The position numbers and the translations under genes are program-made. From IMG/VR virus record IMGVR_UViG_3300043077_000092: DNA of 64,000 nucleotides; one strand, 5' to 3'. Source of the stretch: a virus. Its lineage: Duplodnaviria > Caudoviricetes. This document shows positions 40,145 to 50,987 of the stretch, one piece after another (the first letter of the stretch is position 1; every line of letters starts with the position of its first letter). The notes under the pieces were generated by a model. It was not told where the DNA came from. It saw nothing but the letters and a program-made list of their open reading frames with translations, and did no database searches.

Positions 40145-41398
40145 CTAAACAAATATATCTTTAGGGTCTAAGATATAAGTACGAACTGTACTGTCATGAG
40201 ATTTCTTCATCTTTGCTCGAAGTGTCGAATTGGAAACTCTACCAAAGGTAAGCCCAATGGTATTAATTCCCAGTAGATAGTATCTATCTCCAGCACATCT
40301 GTTACAAAGTTTCTTACCGATACAGTAATCTGGTAATCTAATCTGTACAGTCTTACCCATATATTTATCTTGATTACTTGGCTCCAATCTGATGTATTTG
40401 CCTCCAGACTTAATGAAATGATACAGATAATAATTCATATTGGTTTTATCCAACGTAACTGTTGCACAATTCTTACACCCGCAATCTGTTCCACGTTCAT
40501 CTAATACAACGTCCTGAAAACCAGCAGACAGTTTCTTTGTAATATATCCGCATTCACCTGTACCAATTGCCTTTGGATAAAATCCAGATACAACTGCGTT
40601 TGCAAGTGATGGAATGTTCTCTTTCGGTATTCCTTCATATAAGGAATTTGTTACAATCTCAAACTCACCTTTATATGCATTCCAAATAGGTCCCTTTGTA
40701 CATAACCATTGACGATATGCATTATCAAAAGAACCTCTCGCACCAGATGAATACAATTCATATGATGGGTCATCTTTTAATTCTTCTTGGGCTAATGCAA
40801 CAAGTTCGTCCTGAATATGTTTGTAAGTGATAGCATCGTTGTTTTCAATTGCCTCTTTATTCTCAGCAATCAATTGTTTCTTACGAGCTGTAACCTTAGG
40901 TAATGGTTTTGCAGTCTTGATACTGATTGATGAACAAATTTGGGTATTAACAGTAAACGCTAACCAGCATAATCGATTCATATACTCGATATACTTTGTT
41001 ACGCATTCACCAGTCTCATCAAGCATAATTGCAGTTGCAATCATATCATCAATCTTTCCAAGACCTTTCTTTGTGATTTCAAAATTAACATATCCAACCT
41101 CTTTCTGAAAATAGGGCTCAATCAGATACTTATTGAATATGAATAGTCCACAGTTTGTGAGCACCTTTTCGCTATTAAAATACTCTCCCTTTTCCAGAGT
41201 CATCTCGTCGAATGTATTAAATTTTGATGGGATTATTTTTGGAACCATTTTCCCAGTGTCTGGGTCTTTCACCTGTTTTGTCGTATCTAACTTATCTGCG
41301 AATAAATCGTCGAATAATGTCTGAGTTATGTCGTCTGGTTTCAAATCCAAAAACATCTGCTTTTCAGCAGCCGTAATGGTTCGTTTCTGTCTTGCCAT
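40145..41398 (-). CDS. Split RNA polymerase beta-prime-like subunit, C-terminal part (probably virion RNAP)
   Basis: SSGARGS, bridge-helix-like TGECGYITKKL, TDCG, C...CNRCAG. Confidence 0.88.
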   Translation of the reverse strand: MARQKRTITAAEKQMFLDLKPDDITQTLFDDLFADKLDTTKQVKDPDTGKMVPKIIPSKFNTFDEMTLEKGEYFNSEKVLTNCGLFIFNKYLIEPYFQKEVGYVNFEITKKGLGKIDDMIATAIMLDETGECVTKYIEYMNRLCWLAFTVNTQICSSISIKTAKPLPKVTARKKQLIAENKEAIENNDAITYKHIQDELVALAQEELKDDPSYELYSSGARGSFDNAYRQWLCTKGPIWNAYKGEFEIVTNSLYEGIPKENIPSLANAVVSGFYPKAIGTGECGYITKKLSAGFQDVVLDERGTDCGCKNCATVTLDKTNMNYYLYHFIKSGGKYIRLEPSNQDKYMGKTVQIRLPDYCIGKKLCNRCAGDRYYLLGINTIGLTFGRVSNSTLRAKMKKSHDSTVRTYILDPKDIFV

Positions 41399-41437
41399 TT
41401 TTAATCACCACCTTCATGAAGAGGAGTATAGCGCAGG

Positions 41438-42334
41438 TTATGCGCTATACCACCTGTACACTATACTCATGTCTTTCTCCATATGTAATGGATCATTCGT
41501 GAAGTGGCAGCAAGATGCCTGTCTAACCTGTTTATACTCATGGCGACCATCTTCAACCTTTGATAATACGCCTGTACAAAGACCGATTTCATTGAAACGA
41601 ACTTCATCGATATCATCATAGAGATCGAACCATTCCCTGAAATCGTTTTTCTCAATTGTACATACGCATTCTGCGAATACTTCGATTGGTGTTTCTCTTG
41701 TTGATGTATAGTCAGATTCAACAACCGGACTACCATCTACATCATCACCAGCATCTTTCCATAAAGGTTTGATAACCGGATCACTCTCGAATGTCTTACC
41801 ATAATAAGCGTACTTACCATCGTCTAACTGTCTCATCAGATAGTACTTATCGTACTCTTCCATACCCTCAACAAATGGTTCCTCTACTACACGGAAAGGA
41901 ATCATATTGTTTAAGGCTCTCTGTTGCTGATAGACATGGGTAATATCCTTTCTGGAATCACCGCATCCACCAATACCAACTGTCCAGAGGCAGATACCAT
42001 TCTCCCTTGGATATTTGTCGGTTACAGATGGACCAGTTGTTCCGATATTCATGATGTTGTTAAGATACTCTACGTGCAGGTCACAACTTACGTTGAACAT
42101 TTTCTCAAGAGCATAGATAGATCCACCAAGCAAGATTTCGTTTGGTTCTCTTCTTACTACGTTTTCCCCAAGAATACTAAGACCAGTCTTAGGGTCAACC
42201 ATTCTCTTTCCACGTATTACAATTGCTTCCCCATGCAAACCGGGTCTGTCTCTCTTAACTCTTCGGTCATAGTGGGTAGCAGAATTATCTCTCAGAATTC
42301 GTGTGAATTCATTTACCTTCGTCAAAATAGGCAT
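41438..42334 (-). CDS. Probable virion protein (tail-collar/baseplate-like)
   Basis: VGIGG...FNEIGL pattern typical of tail-fibre/baseplate N-terminal domains; late-type promoter. Confidence 0.5.
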   Translation of the reverse strand: MPILTKVNEFTRILRDNSATHYDRRVKRDRPGLHGEAIVIRGKRMVDPKTGLSILGENVVRREPNEILLGGSIYALEKMFNVSCDLHVEYLNNIMNIGTTGPSVTDKYPRENGICLWTVGIGGCGDSRKDITHVYQQQRALNNMIPFRVVEEPFVEGMEEYDKYYLMRQLDDGKYAYYGKTFESDPVIKPLWKDAGDDVDGSPVVESDYTSTRETPIEVFAECVCTIEKNDFREWFDLYDDIDEVRFNEIGLCTGVLSKVEDGRHEYKQVRQASCCHFTNDPLHMEKDMSIVYRWYSA

Positions 42335-42396
42335 TTCAACATTCCTCCTTTATATTTGTAATCATTCTGCATTAATAAATTAATTATTTGTGCCTT

Positions 42397-45066
42397 TTAA
42401 CTGTCGTGATAGATGATTTTGAAGCGGTCTTCCATACGCATACTGCTGTCTTTGAGAGTGCATGAACACTTTGAATACAGTACGTCTATGTATATTCTGA
42501 TCATTCGTTCAACTAATGACATCTTATCACCGCTTATACTAATCGCATTATCATATTGAGTCGTTGATGTATCCTTCATGGTAATCTCTGAAGATATAGA
42601 GGCTCTCTCTCGTAACAATTCGCTCTTATCACTAAGCTTCATATATCCAGAGCTAAATGATGATATAGCATCGCCATATGTCCAGAGCATATTGTCCTTT
42701 AATTTAAGTTTAGCTACCAGATGGATAGCATCCCTCATGCGGTCACCCATTTCTTTATAAGACATGGATTCAGACATTCTAAGAATCTCAAATAACTTGT
42801 TTCGAGTCTCAGAAATTTTCATTGCAGTTGACATTGATTGAACCCATTCATGGTAGCCTATATCAGTTTCATGAATTACCATTCTCTCATGGAACCACAT
42901 ACGGTTCATCATCTTCATCATATTATAGTACTTACTGTCAAAGAGATAAACTACTTCCATCTCTTTAATTTCAATCGTATAAGACTTGAACCATCTGAGA
43001 AGTTTAATAAGACCATTAACTACTGTAAGGTCTATTGGGTTCAAATACTTTGTATATTTCGTACTTGTAAACCAAGTAGAAAACTTCGTTGCGATGTAAT
43101 TGATTTTATCAACGCAGGCATCAGAATCCAATGCGTCGATATACTCATACATAGAGTAATCATAAGCCTTTAGCCAATCCATATAAGTCTCTGGTGTTGA
43201 ACCATCTGGTAGGTTAAATACTTCATTGTGAACATCCGTTACAAGTAATGCTGTATAGAGTTTCTTATATGCATGATATACCTGCTCGGATGTGGTATTC
43301 TGCATCACCTCTATCATAAGTCTCGATAATTCCCTTACATTAGAATACATCTCATTGACGTCTGATACAGAATAGAACTGAATATTCTTAATATACTGAA
43401 TCAGTTTCTGGGAATATATCTTAGGGTTAGAAGTAATCTCTGTCTTAATGGCTTCCAAATCTGCATCAAAGTTAAACCCAAGAACAGCAAGTGCTTTCGA
43501 TGGAGTTGTTATAAGGTCAGGTATCATATTATTGTACCTGCTCATGATACAAATAAGAACTACTTCCAATTCAAACAGAGATATTGGAGTTGATGTAATA
43601 AGAGGAATATCAACTGTAATTAAAGAAGTCTCTTTACTCTTATCACATAGCATCTTTTGTAAATATACATGCTCAAATACAACATCCTGCATATGAAGTG
43701 TAATTGAGATATTGGTATACTTGGTTTCAACATAGTTGATTTCATCATCCTGTAACTTTTCAACCAAATCTTCATCTTCAATCCATAATTCATCAGGATT
43801 AGTAACTTCCTCATAAGAATGAGCATTCGCATCGGTTTGCTCAACCAATGTAATATCTGTATCGTTCATTGGAACTCCGACGAAGTAATAATCATACGTC
43901 TTGGTCTTATCCAATTCATAAGAAGCGTTTCCATCATCATCAAGTATAGTACGATAGATGAATATGGGCTTTGGTTCTGATTCATCATTAATCTGAGCCG
44001 TCTTATGCTGTTTCACAAGAAGATACTTTGTCAAGTCGTACTTATCATATTCAAGCAGACTAAGAATGTCATATAATACCTGAGAAGTGCACTTCTTTGA
44101 TATCAAGATATTCAAGTTTTTGACAAGTGTCTTCTGCTGTTGCAATGTAAACATCTCGATGAACGGAACTCCATAAGCATCAAGAAACATTCTACAAGTC
44201 TCCAAGTCATAGAAGTCACGGTCAACCATGACTTCAAACATAGAGTTCACCATCCTCTGAATAGCCATTACCAGAATAAAGAATCCTATATAAGACTCAT
44301 AGAAATCATATCTTGAACTATAGTGGAAATTGTAAACCTGATTCAAGAAGTATTGTCTTGCTTCTTCATAATACATAGAGAAATCTCTATTGAAACGATT
44401 CGCATTATCTGGTCTTGGAACATACAAAAGTTCAAAGTGACCAGCCATTCTTGCCTGAATTACATCAATTCGCTTAAGCCCAAGATACTTGATATATTCC
44501 GCATTGTAATTGGAGTCTCCCGCATAAGCCTGATAAACTTCGTCTAAGTAACCATTTGCTTCCATAGAGTTTAATACATATTGAGGTAACTTATGAATTG
44601 GAGTCAATGCATCCGTATTGTCATTATCGAAATCTTCATCTTTATCTACATCATATCCAAAAGTTCTAAGTTCTCTTGGGTCGAGATAGACAAATTCAGC
44701 ATCGACATCCGGAAGACCCATCAACATACGATAGTAGTTATTCGTTTCCTCAAAATTATCAATGATATATCGCCGTCTAAGACTAATGAGTCTTGCTCGT
44801 TTTGCCTCAGGAACAAGAAAACTATCTTCCTGTATCTGATGTATCAGAGCTTTATCATAAATACCGACTTGATTCAGTAATGGTTCAGTTAAGGAATCAG
44901 GACGAATCATAAGCCATGTATCAGTCTCAAGACAGGCACTAACATATTCATCACCAGCGAGTCTGGATGCTTCAGTTTCGTACTTTTCTGCTTCTCGTGC
45001 CGACTTAAAAACAATATTCGGTACGATTGCCTTTAAATAACGCTTGAAGCTATTTATCATTTCCAA
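42397..45066 (-). CDS. Large probable virion (baseplate) protein
   Basis: 889 aa, TTG start with RBS AAGGAG, late-type promoter. Confidence 0.55.
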   Translation of the reverse strand: MEMINSFKRYLKAIVPNIVFKSAREAEKYETEASRLAGDEYVSACLETDTWLMIRPDSLTEPLLNQVGIYDKALIHQIQEDSFLVPEAKRARLISLRRRYIIDNFEETNNYYRMLMGLPDVDAEFVYLDPRELRTFGYDVDKDEDFDNDNTDALTPIHKLPQYVLNSMEANGYLDEVYQAYAGDSNYNAEYIKYLGLKRIDVIQARMAGHFELLYVPRPDNANRFNRDFSMYYEEARQYFLNQVYNFHYSSRYDFYESYIGFFILVMAIQRMVNSMFEVMVDRDFYDLETCRMFLDAYGVPFIEMFTLQQQKTLVKNLNILISKKCTSQVLYDILSLLEYDKYDLTKYLLVKQHKTAQINDESEPKPIFIYRTILDDDGNASYELDKTKTYDYYFVGVPMNDTDITLVEQTDANAHSYEEVTNPDELWIEDEDLVEKLQDDEINYVETKYTNISITLHMQDVVFEHVYLQKMLCDKSKETSLITVDIPLITSTPISLFELEVVLICIMSRYNNMIPDLITTPSKALAVLGFNFDADLEAIKTEITSNPKIYSQKLIQYIKNIQFYSVSDVNEMYSNVRELSRLMIEVMQNTTSEQVYHAYKKLYTALLVTDVHNEVFNLPDGSTPETYMDWLKAYDYSMYEYIDALDSDACVDKINYIATKFSTWFTSTKYTKYLNPIDLTVVNGLIKLLRWFKSYTIEIKEMEVVYLFDSKYYNMMKMMNRMWFHERMVIHETDIGYHEWVQSMSTAMKISETRNKLFEILRMSESMSYKEMGDRMRDAIHLVAKLKLKDNMLWTYGDAISSFSSGYMKLSDKSELLRERASISSEITMKDTSTTQYDNAISISGDKMSLVERMIRIYIDVLYSKCSCTLKDSSMRMEDRFKIIYHDS

Positions 45067-45173
45067 TTGTAATCACTCCTTTCTGTATAATATGCTTAAA
45101 TGTATGTTAAAATGGCTTATATTTATTGGGCTTGGAAACAAGGACGTAAGTAAAAAGAAAGGGGTTATTTATT

Positions 45174-45761
45174 ATGATTATACTTGTCGGTCCGACAGGG
45201 TCCGGAAAAACATCTACACTTAAAGCACTTTGTGAGATAAATGGAATGGTTCCATTATATACATTTACAACTAGACCACCAAGAGGTGATGATGATTTTG
45301 GAACTTATTGCGTATTACCCGAGCAGTTTGAATCAATGCTTGAGCACAATGAGTTCATTTCTCATGCATCTTTTGACGCTACATTCGGTAAAGTATCATA
45401 TGGAATAAAGAAAATGTCTAATGGGGATAATATAAGAAACGTAGTAGTCGTTGGTACTTATGAATATATGAAAGACCTCTTACAATATGGATATGACAAC
45501 GACGGTGCTCCGTTCATTGTATATTTCCATATGTCTGATGAAGATATAATTAGTAAATACGAAGAAACAATCGGGAGAGCCGATGCTAGAGCAGATGCAA
45601 TAGCTAGACTGGAAAGAGATCGCAAAAAGAATAATGAGTTAGAAACCATGGCTCATATGACGATTAAAAATCCCGGTTACAAAGATACTCCAAAAAAAAT
45701 AGCAAGGGATATAATTACTGCTTATCAGAAATTTACCCAAGGGAAACGGTGGTGTGATTAA
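45174..45761 (+). CDS. gmk: Guanylate kinase-like NMP kinase
   Basis: GPTGSGKT, TTRPPR, YGI, RLERD. Confidence 0.75.
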   Translation: MIILVGPTGSGKTSTLKALCEINGMVPLYTFTTRPPRGDDDFGTYCVLPEQFESMLEHNEFISHASFDATFGKVSYGIKKMSNGDNIRNVVVVGTYEYMKDLLQYGYDNDGAPFIVYFHMSDEDIISKYEETIGRADARADAIARLERDRKKNNELETMAHMTIKNPGYKDTPKKIARDIITAYQKFTQGKRWCD

Positions 45762-46460
45762 ATGAAACAAGAAAAGACTATGCCGGGTATTATATTTGAC
45801 AGAGTTGATGCTCCGCATCCAAGGGTAGATTCAGATAATGCAAACTATTACTTGGAGTTCGATAAGACAGAAGATTACTTTGAGTACTTTGATAATGAGA
45901 TTGCTTTTATCAAGAACGTAGAGAGATTAGTTAGGAAGCATCAGTTTATCAGAGTTACTTATCCGAGATATCTTAAAGAGATAATTGGATTAAAGGAATG
46001 CCAAGTAATGCCCGGAATTAAAGCAGATGACAAAGGAAAAGTATCACTTGAGATGCATCATGGACCTATTCTTACATTGTTTGATACATGTGAGATTGTA
46101 ACAAATGCATATCGTGCAAGGGGTGCTAAAGATGTCAATACATTCGTTATTGCTAATGAAGTAGTTGAGCAACATAGACTAAATCACGTAAGGGTTATGT
46201 TCTTATGTAAGTCAGCTCATCAGAAAGTTCATGATGAAGGGATATTCTTAAATTATCGTCATGGATTTGGAGATACTTTAAAGTTCTTGGAGATTTTCAA
46301 AGATGGAGTTGATAAGAACATGAAAATTAAAATCAATGAATATCTCGCATGGAGTATGGAACATGACTCTACGGATAACAATGTATTCCGTATTGCAGAT
46401 ACAATGCGTGAATGGGGTAATAATGACTTTGACGAATTTGACTCAGTTGCATTAGAATAA
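45762..46460 (+). CDS. HNH-like protein, paralog of 53193-53888
   Basis: LEMHHGP...LCKSAHQKVH. Confidence 0.55.
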   Translation: MKQEKTMPGIIFDRVDAPHPRVDSDNANYYLEFDKTEDYFEYFDNEIAFIKNVERLVRKHQFIRVTYPRYLKEIIGLKECQVMPGIKADDKGKVSLEMHHGPILTLFDTCEIVTNAYRARGAKDVNTFVIANEVVEQHRLNHVRVMFLCKSAHQKVHDEGIFLNYRHGFGDTLKFLEIFKDGVDKNMKIKINEYLAWSMEHDSTDNNVFRIADTMREWGNNDFDEFDSVALE

Positions 46461-46478
46461 TTTTTGGGAGGGAATAGT

Positions 46479-46994
46479 ATGATAGATACAGTTTGTACCG
46501 TTTTACTTATTTTACTGGTGATGATTTTGATTATCACCAATACTTATCAAATCTTTACAGACTACTATAATAGAAAGAGGATGTACGATGTACAAATCGA
46601 AATGGCTCAGGCTCAACAGATGATGTCAAAAGATATGTCTTGGGATGATGCAAGAAAGATTTTAAATGACATTATATCGTTTACTGTAAGCAACTATATC
46701 ATCAATAATGGTATTACGAAGATGAAAGATGATGAATTGTCTATCATGTGGACAATGATGCTTGGTGATATATGCACTACTGTTGAGATGGCAATGTCTG
46801 ATGAATTAAAACGTCAGATAATGAAGACAGTAACAAGAGAATACTTTAGTCAGTATGTAAAGAATTCTGTACAGATTACAATCGTATATCAACTTGAGAC
46901 TAATAAGAAGAATACGGTTAATACTAGATTGGAACGTATACAAAATGCGTCAGCTTCTCCAAAGACACCTGAAGGAGAAAATACAAAAAAATAA
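46479..46994 (+). CDS. Membrane-anchored hypothetical protein
   Basis: N-terminal hydrophobic helix; RBS GGGAGG. Confidence 0.65.
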   Translation: MIDTVCTVLLILLVMILIITNTYQIFTDYYNRKRMYDVQIEMAQAQQMMSKDMSWDDARKILNDIISFTVSNYIINNGITKMKDDELSIMWTMMLGDICTTVEMAMSDELKRQIMKTVTREYFSQYVKNSVQITIVYQLETNKKNTVNTRLERIQNASASPKTPEGENTKK

Positions 46995-46996
46995 AT

Positions 46997-47052
46997 CAAT
47001 GGGCAGTACGTCACACAAACGCGTGATAATCGTACTGTCCATTGCACTTTTC
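46997..47052. terminator. Bidirectional terminator
   Basis: CAATGGGCAGTACG/CGTACTGTCCATTG with flanking A and T tracts. Confidence 0.7.
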
Positions 47053-47114
47053 TTATATAATCTTTAAATTCAAATTCAAATAATCTTAATTATAAACTCA
47101 TACTCTAAAATTCA

Positions 47115-47625
47115 TTTATCGGGAGTTTACCCGCTTGCTAGAATTGGTGGCAGGTGTAAAGGGTTTATCAATCCCTACGATCACTCTGTAGTTCACACCA
47201 ATAATGCTTTACCGGCGATAGTGCATAACACTAAACATCCGTTTCTACTCAACATCAATATTATTGCAGAGTCACTCCCAATAATACTGGTCAGAAAGGT
47301 CCTTCCAACCATAAGAATTCAACTTCAATTGCAATCTTGTCATATCTTTCACGACGTCTATTCTTCCACGCCGAGGGCGACCGTTTACCAAGTGTCCTTT
47401 TGTCTAATCTAATTAATGACCATCCTTAGATGCACATTCCTACTTTTATTTGTTTTGGTATCTGTTCTCGGCTTATCGGTTCTATGTGGTCTACATACGT
47501 TTAGCACCACCACCCAACGATATCACGTTGTGCATCTTTGGCAGGTGTAAGCATCCCATGCATTGAATAACTTACACTGGTCTTCGATAAGCTATAGTCG
47601 GAGCGACTCTTCTACCAGTCCGAAC
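47115..47625 (-). ncRNA. Large structured non-coding RNA candidate (~510 nt)
   Basis: ORF-poor 650-bp gap with many nested helices; G-U pairs favour the minus strand; 12-nt motif TTACACCTGCCA occurs twice. Confidence 0.65.
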
Positions 47626-47652
47626 ATTTTTTTCCAATTGAGTCCTCTTTTT

Positions 47653-48537
47653 CTATCTGGTTGTTTTCGATTGCGTACCCTTTCCAACTCCTATGGATGC
47701 CATATTCAGCATGGGTACTAAAATGTGATTGAAGTTGTAGCGTATGTCGATAAAATTCATAACCGTTTTGTCGGCTTCTTCAGTTTCGTAGGTCTTCCCC
47801 TCAATTTGCAACTTGAATGTGGAATCCCCATTAAATTCCCGATAACACTCGATTGGCAATCGGAAAAATTTGTAGTCATCAATAACTCTAACGATATACT
47901 TCGTAGCACCCTCATAATCGAACTTTATAAGATACCTCAGGTACCGTTTGATAATAGGTACAATACCGTCCTGATGATGGTTCTCTAACAGTTCATTTCT
48001 GATGCCTTTGAAAGCAATATCGTCATCAAAGCTATTATAATAGACTTCATAAGTTTGGTGTCTGGACTCAAAGTTCGTTCTTAGTTCGTCCTGACCCAAT
48101 AGAAAATAAATATCATACGCGTGTTTCTCTGCGAATTTAATATAGTTACCAAATTCAGTTTGGTTCACATAATGTTTCAGAAACACCGCATCACGCTTGA
48201 TGGAAAAAATATCATCAACGTCAATATCATTCGCATTACAGAATATGATTCTGTACTTTGCAAATAGTCGTTCAAGACGTTTTCCAATATCTCTAACACT
48301 AGGGTCTTTGGAATATTTTAACTTTCCAACTGCCTCGTTTCGCTCAAACCCTTTTGGAATTTTTGAGAGTCTGTCAATCTCGTTTGGTGGAAGAAGCATC
48401 TCTTCCTTTATGATTGAGAATCCTCCATCACTCATATCATACTCAACAATATCCCCGATGTACAAATCCACTGGGTTTGTCCATCGGGGTTTCATTAAGA
48501 GATTTTTTGTTTCCTCTGTAATCAATTGCTGTCCCAC
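47653..48537 (-). CDS. Small divergent family-B polymerase-like protein (palm only, no exonuclease domain)
   Basis: Motif-A-like EYDMSDGGFSII, motif-C-like SIKRDAVF, then FKGI; only 294 aa. Confidence 0.55.
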   Translation of the reverse strand: MGQQLITEETKNLLMKPRWTNPVDLYIGDIVEYDMSDGGFSIIKEEMLLPPNEIDRLSKIPKGFERNEAVGKLKYSKDPSVRDIGKRLERLFAKYRIIFCNANDIDVDDIFSIKRDAVFLKHYVNQTEFGNYIKFAEKHAYDIYFLLGQDELRTNFESRHQTYEVYYNSFDDDIAFKGIRNELLENHHQDGIVPIIKRYLRYLIKFDYEGATKYIVRVIDDYKFFRLPIECYREFNGDSTFKLQIEGKTYETEEADKTVMNFIDIRYNFNHILVPMLNMASIGVGKGTQSKTTR

Positions 48538-49424
48538 TCGATCATTCTTCTTACATCGAGTCTCAGCTCATGGAGGATTTTGTCAACCAAGACTTTCTTG
48601 GAAGTACCCGGAACAATTCGGATTCCTTTACTACGGCAAACATCTTTGATGTCATCCTCGGACCTCTTCATCAGCAGTTCCTTTACCTTGTCTTCCATAT
48701 CCTCTGTGAAACGATTAAAGAAGACTGATAAGAAGTCATTTTCCGTTCCGGGGTCTGCTGCCATAGCCGCTGCTGTTTGTTCCTGTAGTACCAACCGTTC
48801 TCTGATTTCATCAACATTTCCAATGTTATTTACGATGCAGTCAATGTTTTCTCCGTCGAATTCATCAGAAACACCGAACGGTAAAGATTTCACGATTTTC
48901 TCATACTTTGGTTTATCATTATAATAAGTGATTAACCTTTCCAACTCGTCATACATATAACCATGCAACCCGAATTCACTGAGAATGAAATCTCTAATGT
49001 AATCCAAGATTCCGGCTACTGCTTCATAAGAAGCCATGACAATCAACACTTTCTCGCCAAGGTTTACCACCATATCTACGACGGCGCATAAGTCAGTGAA
49101 TGGTTCAACACTCAACAGATGAGAATTGAACATTTCAATGAATCTCTGCTTATCGCCGCCATAACAATACTCCATCGTCTGAGCAGTCGGTCTTAAAGAA
49201 TCAACAAACTCAATGTTGTCATACTTTGAAGCATAACTGATTCCCGTAGATACTCCAGACATAACTCCCTTTGTCTTAAGCGAGCCAGATAACTCATGAC
49301 TCGCTATAAGAATGGAATAGTCTGCAAGGTCGTTATACCTTGCAAACTTCATAATAAGATCATCGAAGTTAATAAAGATTAACGACCCTGTTTTCTCTCC
49401 AATGTTATTCATCGTCTCCGACAT
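48522..49424 (-). CDS. Hypothetical protein, DUF488-like N-terminus and C-terminal SAP/HeH-like motif
   Basis: LRPT...F...FNSHL...VLIV..YE; C-terminal LMKRSEDDIKDVCRSKGI...SKKVLVDKIL. Confidence 0.45.
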   Translation of the reverse strand: MSETMNNIGEKTGSLIFINFDDLIMKFARYNDLADYSILIASHELSGSLKTKGVMSGVSTGISYASKYDNIEFVDSLRPTAQTMEYCYGGDKQRFIEMFNSHLLSVEPFTDLCAVVDMVVNLGEKVLIVMASYEAVAGILDYIRDFILSEFGLHGYMYDELERLITYYNDKPKYEKIVKSLPFGVSDEFDGENIDCIVNNIGNVDEIRERLVLQEQTAAAMAADPGTENDFLSVFFNRFTEDMEDKVKELLMKRSEDDIKDVCRSKGIRIVPGTSKKVLVDKILHELRLDVRRMIEWDSN

Positions 49425-50985
49425 TCAAATTCATCTCCTCTCCAACCTTAATCGGTGTCCCATTTATAAATATCTTTGACTCTTCAGACGTTGATGAGGT
49501 TCTATCTTCATAAGCCAACTTGGTATCCTCGGCGGAAGATTCCTCAACCTGATCAACCTCATCATGCTCAGGAATATCCTCTGTAGGAACATTCTTTGGC
49601 TCCTGTGTATCAACGTCTTCTTCAACGGTTGGTTTGTTCTCCTGCTTGGTTTCCTGTTCCGGCTTCTTATTCTCTACAGGAGCCACAGGCTTCTCATCCT
49701 GAGCAGTTACCGTATACGTTGTCGTCTTCTGAGGCTTACTGGTTACCTGACGATTACGAATCTGGTTCAAATACTCATCTTCCTGACTTCTCTGATCTTC
49801 CTGATACTTCTCTTCAGCAGCTTTCTGACTCTGACGTGTCTTCTGAAGTAATGCAGAGAATCCGCTTTCCATATCGAAGTCATCATCTTCCTCATTCATA
49901 TTTGGTTCGGGTTCTTCCGCTTCCTCACCCAGATGGGCATATAATCTCATCACCGGAGGCTTTCCGTACATATAATTCTCCTGATAATTCTCAGTGTAAA
50001 CCGGCTCGGGAATATTCTCCTCTTCACTCAGGTTCTCAAACAATACCTTCTTAGCCTCTTCATCCTGTGGGTTCTTTGCGATCTTTACCAAAGCGGCAAA
50101 TCTTTCTGTTAGTCCATTCATATCTTCTTCTCCTTCCAAACTGTTTAACATTACCTTCATCATCATATCCTCCTTAAGTTTCTGATAACGATAATTGTCT
50201 CCGGGATTATCGATGACATATATATTATCCCCAACTAGCTTGTCACCGAACGTCTCGATATCTTTTTGCTTAACTCCCTCAGGGAGTTTAATCGATGATG
50301 CCTTTTGTTCTGCTATCATCTTAATATCTACTTCTTTTCCTTGTATCCTTTTTCTTTCGTTATACGTATACCTCGCTTTACATCCGCTTCGGTCAGTACA
50401 CATTAACACGTCATACGAGGAATCGTAGGTTAATACGCTACCGCATCTACTACAAGTAAACAGATTTTCTGTTGCTCGATGGCAATAAGCGTAATCTAAG
50501 ATTACTGGTTTTCCATTACGGATTCCCCAGTTGGTCATATTCTTTTTGACATATCCGACATCACCAAGAAGATAATCTTGACATAACGTATCTAACACTT
50601 TTCGGATTTCGTATCGATACAGTTCCCACTTTTGAGAGGTATTAATAACCTCTACACATTCGGCAATCAAAATATAACCATTAGTCTCAAAAGACTTAGT
50701 GACATACGGTTGAAGTTCAGGACTGAGGCTATACTCTATCAGGTTATCCTGATATCCCTGTTCATCCATTGCAAACTTTACCGCATACCCATCAATCTGG
50801 AGTACGATTCGATTCGTGGCACCACCAAGAATCTCAAAATCAATACCCCAAGTATAAAGTAAATTTCCAAGTGTAATCATTTTTTGAGCATTCGACTCTA
50901 TACGTTTGGTATCACAGATTGCAGCGATATACCGCAACTGCTCATCATTGAACATGATTTTCAATTTGCTCCTGACTGTTATCAT
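49405..50985 (-). CDS. Protein-kinase-like enzyme with zinc ribbon and acidic tail
   Basis: LGGATNRIV, AVKFA, E, DVG...NWG, ILDYAY; CSRC...C...C. Confidence 0.75.
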   Translation of the reverse strand: MITVRSKLKIMFNDEQLRYIAAICDTKRIESNAQKMITLGNLLYTWGIDFEILGGATNRIVLQIDGYAVKFAMDEQGYQDNLIEYSLSPELQPYVTKSFETNGYILIAECVEVINTSQKWELYRYEIRKVLDTLCQDYLLGDVGYVKKNMTNWGIRNGKPVILDYAYCHRATENLFTCSRCGSVLTYDSSYDVLMCTDRSGCKARYTYNERKRIQGKEVDIKMIAEQKASSIKLPEGVKQKDIETFGDKLVGDNIYVIDNPGDNYRYQKLKEDMMMKVMLNSLEGEEDMNGLTERFAALVKIAKNPQDEEAKKVLFENLSEEENIPEPVYTENYQENYMYGKPPVMRLYAHLGEEAEEPEPNMNEEDDDFDMESGFSALLQKTRQSQKAAEEKYQEDQRSQEDEYLNQIRNRQVTSKPQKTTTYTVTAQDEKPVAPVENKKPEQETKQENKPTVEEDVDTQEPKNVPTEDIPEHDEVDQVEESSAEDTKLAYEDRTSSTSEESKIFINGTPIKVGEEMNLNVGDDE

Positions 50986-50987
50986 GG

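Noticed and set aside
47221-47412. 63-aa plus-strand ORF within the ncRNA region
   Set aside because: GTG start without an RBS, and it lies downstream of a plus-strand terminator
47148-47550. Repeated 12-mer as CRISPR repeats or att sites
   Set aside because: Only two copies about 390 nt apart, each embedded in a helix, and no integrase nearby
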